Shown here: positions 59,974 through 64,000 of the stretch, one piece after another
Layout of the letters: each line of letters begins with the position of its first letter
Numbering within the stretch: position 1 is the stretch's first letter
From: Opitutia bacterium
Lineage (GTDB): Bacteria > Verrucomicrobiota > Verrucomicrobiia > Opitutales > Opitutaceae
Assembly (NCBI GenBank): GCA_947478395.1
Contig: CANJVR010000002.1
Coordinates: 96,001 to 160,000 of the forward strand
Direction of reading: 5' to 3'
DNA: 64,000 bases
The notes under the pieces: model-generated
What the model was told of the DNA's origin: nothing
Databases searched by the model: none
Seen by the model: the letters and a program-made list of their open reading frames with translations, nothing else
Made by a program: the position numbers and the translations under genes

Positions 59974-61044
59974 CTAGGCGAGAGCCGCCGGCAGGATGGG
60001 CGGTGGCCCGTTGAGCAGATCGTTGGCGCGAGTGATATCGGCCTCGATGCGGTGATTCATGTCGGCTTTGATAATCTGGCTGGCCGCGAGAATGGCGCTT
60101 TTGATCGCACGGCGGGAGGAGGACCCGTGGGCTTTGAGAATGTTACCTTTCAAACCGAGGAGCGGCGCACCGCCGTAGCGCTCGGGATTGATGCGATCTT
60201 TCAAGGCGTCGAACGCACCCTTTGAGAGGATCGCACCGGCCGCTCGGACGGGGTTAGATTGGAGCTCCTCGCGCAGCGTGCCGGAGAAAAATTTCGCGAG
60301 CGACTCCCAGCTCTTCAGCATGATGTTCCCGACGAAGCCATCGCACACGACGACGTCGACGTGCTCCTCGAACACTTGGAAACCCTCGATGGGGCCAGAA
60401 TAATTGATGATGTCGCCGATCCGGCGCAGCTGTTCGTTGGTCTCGGTGATGAGGGCGTTTCCTTTTCCCTCTTCGGTACCTATAGTCATCAGGCCCACGC
60501 GAGGCGACTCCACGCCCAGCATGACGCGGCAATAGTGGCTGCCGAGAATGGCGTTGTGTACGAGGTGTTCGGGCCGGGATTCCGGATTTGCCCCGGCATC
60601 GATGAGGATGAAATGGCCGCCTTCGCGGGGCACGACCGCGGCGAGGGCGGGGCGGGCGACGCCCTCCATGGTCCGGAGACGCAGTGTACCCGCGGCCATG
60701 AGCGCACCGGTATTACCGCAGCTGACGACGACGCTGGCCTCGCCGTTTTTGACGAGCTCGATGGCGCGGGCCATCGAAGAGTCCTTCTTTTTTTTCAACG
60801 CCATCAGCGGCTTGTCGTCCATGGTGACGACCTCCGAGGCGTGATGGACGGAGAGGCGCGGGTTTAGCTTTAGGCCGGCGTGCGCGATCAAGGGATCCAG
60901 CACGGTCTGGTCACCGACCAAAGTGATCGGATCCAGATGGGGATGCCGTTGAAGCGCCAGTTTGACCGCGGCGACCACTTCGGCCGGGCCGAGGTCGCCC
61001 CCCATGGCGTCAACTGCAATGCGTCCGGTGGGGCCGGCAGACAT
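59974..61044 (-). CDS. plsX: Phosphate acyltransferase PlsX
   Basis: AVDAMGGD, GNTGA, RPALA, DAGAN, CDGFVGN, KAHGSS. Confidence 0.96.
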   Translation of the reverse strand: MSAGPTGRIAVDAMGGDLGPAEVVAAVKLALQRHPHLDPITLVGDQTVLDPLIAHAGLKLNPRLSVHHASEVVTMDDKPLMALKKKKDSSMARAIELVKNGEASVVVSCGNTGALMAAGTLRLRTMEGVARPALAAVVPREGGHFILIDAGANPESRPEHLVHNAILGSHYCRVMLGVESPRVGLMTIGTEEGKGNALITETNEQLRRIGDIINYSGPIEGFQVFEEHVDVVVCDGFVGNIMLKSWESLAKFFSGTLREELQSNPVRAAGAILSKGAFDALKDRINPERYGGAPLLGLKGNILKAHGSSSRRAIKSAILAASQIIKADMNHRIEADITRANDLLNGPPPILPAALA

Positions 61045-61088
61045 GATGCTCCGCGGTGGCGGGGCGGCGAGAATAGGAAACGCGAGGA

Positions 61089-61268
61089 TTAGACCTCGAC
61101 GTTGAGCACTTGGCGACCGCGATACAGGCCGGTCTTGGGATTGACGCGGTGGCGGCGGTAGAGCGAGCCATCGACGGGATCTTTGGCGAATTCAGGAGCG
61201 ATGAAAGCGTTAGCCGCGCGGCGATTGGCGCTGCGGCGTTTGGACTGCTTGCGTTTCGGATTGGCCAT
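61089..61268 (-). CDS. rpmF: 50S ribosomal protein L32 (59 aa, absent from the ORF track)
   Basis: Hand translation MANPKRKQSKRRSANRRAANAFIAPEFAKDPVDGSLYRRHRVNPKTGLYRGRQVLNVEV; rpmF-plsX-fabH synteny. Confidence 0.93.
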   Translation of the reverse strand: MANPKRKQSKRRSANRRAANAFIAPEFAKDPVDGSLYRRHRVNPKTGLYRGRQVLNVEV

Positions 61269-61491
61269 GGGAGTGGTGTATAAAGGTGCTCAAACGGGAC
61301 TGAAAAACGTCCGTCGGAGGGAGTGAAAGGGTCGGAGTTAAGGCGCCGGGTTTTACGCGTCAAGCGCTGTTATTGGCGAAAAGGGCGGGCAGGTTATCGC
61401 GAACCCGCCCGCGGCGACTCGGTCCACAGAACGGGCGGCGCAAAACCGACGCATTGAGGCTAACGCGCCCTGCTTTCTAGCCACAATGGCT

Positions 61492-62529
61492 TCACTTGAA
61501 AAATCCGGCCGCCAGCAAGCCACCGAGTACCGCAGCCACAATCAGCCGGTACCAGGCGAAAAGTGCGAGACCATGCCGGGTCAGCCAGTCGACGAGAAAG
61601 CGGACCGCTAACGCGGCTGTGACCGCCGCGACCACCGCGCCGAGTATCACATGCGACCAGCCGAACACTTCAATCATGGCGGCACCGCTCTTGTAGCTTT
61701 TGAAGAGCGTGGCCGCGGAGAGCGTCACGAAACCGAGCAGAAAACTGAACTCGGCGCTCCGCCGCGGATCGAGGCCGGAAAAATATCCGCCGACGATTGT
61801 CATCATCGAGCGACTGGTTCCCGGCCACATCGCCACGCACTGCAAGAGGCCGATTCGCGCGGCCTGACCGACGGTAAGAGCAAGCTCGGGTTTTGGTGCC
61901 AGGGTGCGCTGTTTGCGCCAGGCTTCCGCATACAACATCAGCGCAGCGCCGGCCACTTGGGCCACGATGACGGCGGGAACGGAAAACAAGTGTGTATCGA
62001 TCCAGTCGTGGGCGAGCAGGCCGATCACGGCGGCAGGAACAAACGCGATCGTGATCACAATCAGCAAACGCCGTCCGGCTGGATCACGGCCCCGCAGGCC
62101 ACGTGCCATCGCCCGCAATTGCGCCCAGTAAAGCAGAGCGACGGCGCCGATGGCGCCGAATTGAATCACGACGTTGTAGGTGTCGGCGGCTAATTTTAGC
62201 GTGAGCGGAACCCCGGCGGGATTTTTTGCCGACGGCTTTTTATACCAGAGCGTCCCGCCGCCTTTACCGGTGAGCGGTTGCTCCGATTCGAGTCCCAGAA
62301 AATGGGAGGCAATGATGAGGTGTCCGGTGGACGAAATCGGTAGAAACTCGGTCACACCTTCAACGACGCCGAGGATCACGGCGTCGCGTGTGGTCAGCTC
62401 GGCGGCCGCGGTCGCGGCTGGCGGAGGAGTTGGTTCAACCGCTGCAGTGGCGCCGAAAGTCGGAAGGATCATGGGCCACAGGCCCAGCGCGGAGAGAATA
62501 AATTTTCGCACGGTCGTTGGTTTCAACAT
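61492..62529 (-). CDS. uppP: Undecaprenyl-diphosphate phosphatase (BacA)
   Basis: GVVEGVTEFLPISSTGH, IQFGAI, PGTSRS, AEFSFLL. Confidence 0.92.
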   Translation of the reverse strand: MLKPTTVRKFILSALGLWPMILPTFGATAAVEPTPPPAATAAAELTTRDAVILGVVEGVTEFLPISSTGHLIIASHFLGLESEQPLTGKGGGTLWYKKPSAKNPAGVPLTLKLAADTYNVVIQFGAIGAVALLYWAQLRAMARGLRGRDPAGRRLLIVITIAFVPAAVIGLLAHDWIDTHLFSVPAVIVAQVAGAALMLYAEAWRKQRTLAPKPELALTVGQAARIGLLQCVAMWPGTSRSMMTIVGGYFSGLDPRRSAEFSFLLGFVTLSAATLFKSYKSGAAMIEVFGWSHVILGAVVAAVTAALAVRFLVDWLTRHGLALFAWYRLIVAAVLGGLLAAGFFK

Positions 62530-62869
62530 CGGGCTGATGGCGCAAATTTATTTGCTCGGTCCTTGGCGCGAGGCTCTAGCCCGGATCGTTCGCGCGGAAG
62601 CGAAGACCACCTTTGGGGGCTTCGAGCACACGGAGCGCTGACACCGAGTTCGCCGCGGTAAACCCGATGACTTCGCTCGCGCGGCCCGGGCTCCGACGGG
62701 CTCCGACACGGTGATAGCCTGAAGAAATGCGGCCCGCGTTGTGGCCGGCCATGGTTTCGGAAGGTATGATACTCTGGCTCCCGCTCCGATATTTCAACGG
62801 CCGGTTGAGGCCTCGCGATGTGCAAGAAAACTTGCGGCCCGCCCGTCGCTTCGCTCTCTCGAGAGTTCC

Positions 62870-63916
62870 ATGGCCGATTTCGCCTTGCTCATTCCTGCGC
62901 TGATTGACGGTCGCGATTTAACCGCGCCCGAGGTAGAGGCGGCGGCGCAGGCGCTCGCTTCGAGCGAAATCGGTGATGAAATTAAGGCCGATTTTCTGAC
63001 GGCCTTGGGGTCAAAGGGGGAATCAGCCGACGAGATTGCCGGTTTTGCGCGCGCTTTTCGCGAACGGGCCATCGATCCGGGTGTGTCGGCTTGGGCTTCG
63101 CGCGCCATCGATATCGTCGGCACGGGCGGCGATCATGCAGGCGGGTTCAATATTTCCAGCGTCGTTGTCCTCGTGCTCGCCTGCGCCGGCGTGCCGGTCA
63201 TGAAACATGGCAATCGCGGGATCACGTCCAAGTGCGGCAGCGCCGATTTGCTGGCGGGGCTCGGGGTCGACTTGGCCGCATCGCCCGAGAAACTCCGGCT
63301 CGCCCTCGACCAGCTGGGCTACGTTTTTTTCTTCGCGCCGAATTATCACCCCGCATTCAAGCACATCGCACCGGTGCGCAAGGCACTCGCCGCGCGCGGC
63401 CGACGTTCGGTGTTTAATATTCTTGGTCCGTTGATTAATCCGGGGCGCCCGGCCCATGTCTTGCTCGGCGTGTTTGCCGATGCCGGGGTGCCGAAACTGG
63501 CCGGGGCGTTGGAATCGCTCGGCTGCGCCGCCGGCGTGGCGGGACACGGCATTTTGGGTCCAGGGCAGGGCATCGACGAAATCACGACCGCAACCCCGAA
63601 CCGCGTGCGCGGCGCGGGCCGGCTGCGCGCGCTCGACGAAACCTGGCGGGCCGAGGATTTTGGGCTGCCCGTAGCTCCGTTCGCTGAACTTCAAGGCGGC
63701 GACCTCACCGCGAACCTTGCGATCGTCGAGGCGGTGCTGGCGGGCCGTGGTCCGGCGGGCCTCGTCGACACCATCGTGCTTAATGCCGCCATCGGGCTCT
63801 GGCTCGTGCAAAAAACCGCGTCGGTGCGCGAGGGCCTGCCCATCGCGCGTGCGTTGCTGCTCGGCGGTGCGGTGCGCGCGAAAATCGCCGCGACGCGGGA
63901 GTTCTACCGTGGATAG
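62870..63916 (+). CDS. trpD: Anthranilate phosphoribosyltransferase
   Basis: DIVGTGGD, FNIS, KHGNR, GSADLL, FNILGPLINP; start at ATG 62870. Confidence 0.95.
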   Translation: MADFALLIPALIDGRDLTAPEVEAAAQALASSEIGDEIKADFLTALGSKGESADEIAGFARAFRERAIDPGVSAWASRAIDIVGTGGDHAGGFNISSVVVLVLACAGVPVMKHGNRGITSKCGSADLLAGLGVDLAASPEKLRLALDQLGYVFFFAPNYHPAFKHIAPVRKALAARGRRSVFNILGPLINPGRPAHVLLGVFADAGVPKLAGALESLGCAAGVAGHGILGPGQGIDEITTATPNRVRGAGRLRALDETWRAEDFGLPVAPFAELQGGDLTANLAIVEAVLAGRGPAGLVDTIVLNAAIGLWLVQKTASVREGLPIARALLLGGAVRAKIAATREFYRG

Positions 63917-64000
63917 TCCATCGACCGTCCGGAAGTTTTTCGGGACCGATGGTGTCCGTGGCCCCTATGGAGGCCCGGTCATTAATGAACGCTTTGCCTA
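63909..64000 (+). CDS. glmM: Phosphoglucosamine mutase, 5' fragment (runs off window)
   Basis: GTG start overlapping trpD; RKFFGTDGVRG N-terminal motif. Confidence 0.8.
   Translation, partial: MDSPSTVRKFFGTDGVRGPYGGPVINERFA

Noticed and set aside
62530..62869. Possible trp attenuator or leader peptide upstream of trpD
   Set aside because: No Trp-rich leader ORF or terminator with T-run found

Overview
GC-rich bacterial chromosomal window. The gene content and order (fused LpxL-GT9, rpsP-trmD-rplS without rimM, DUF1800/DUF1501, long ResB/CcsA pair) suggest Verrucomicrobiota, probably Opitutaceae; this is an inference. Most genes are housekeeping: serS-tilS-ftsH, ugd, alr-tsaB, tig-clpP-clpX, tal, tkt, rpe, ychF, rpsP-trmD-rplS, rpmF-plsX-fabH-bamD-lptE, uppP, trpD and a partial glmM. 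Also present are envelope glycosyltransferases, cytochrome c biogenesis system II, 5-oxoprolinase (pxpBC fusion plus pxpA), a MarR-RND efflux operon and an AsmA-like protein. No rRNA, tRNA, CRISPR array or transposase was recognised. Best leads: (1) a two-gene ABC-ATPase plus TOPRIM-like module with an H/C-rich insert, bracketed by REP/MITE elements, a candidate defence or toxin system; (2) a ~190-nt 6S-like structured RNA whose 5' end can sequester its own terminator just upstream of pxpBC; (3) a highly structured 212-bp intergenic element with covarying hairpins and a four-way junction; (4) a CTAG-bounded MITE family carrying a GTAG-REP doublet; (5) short palindromes and microrepeats lying in frame inside proteins. 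All calls are by eye from motifs; no database searches or folding programs were run.
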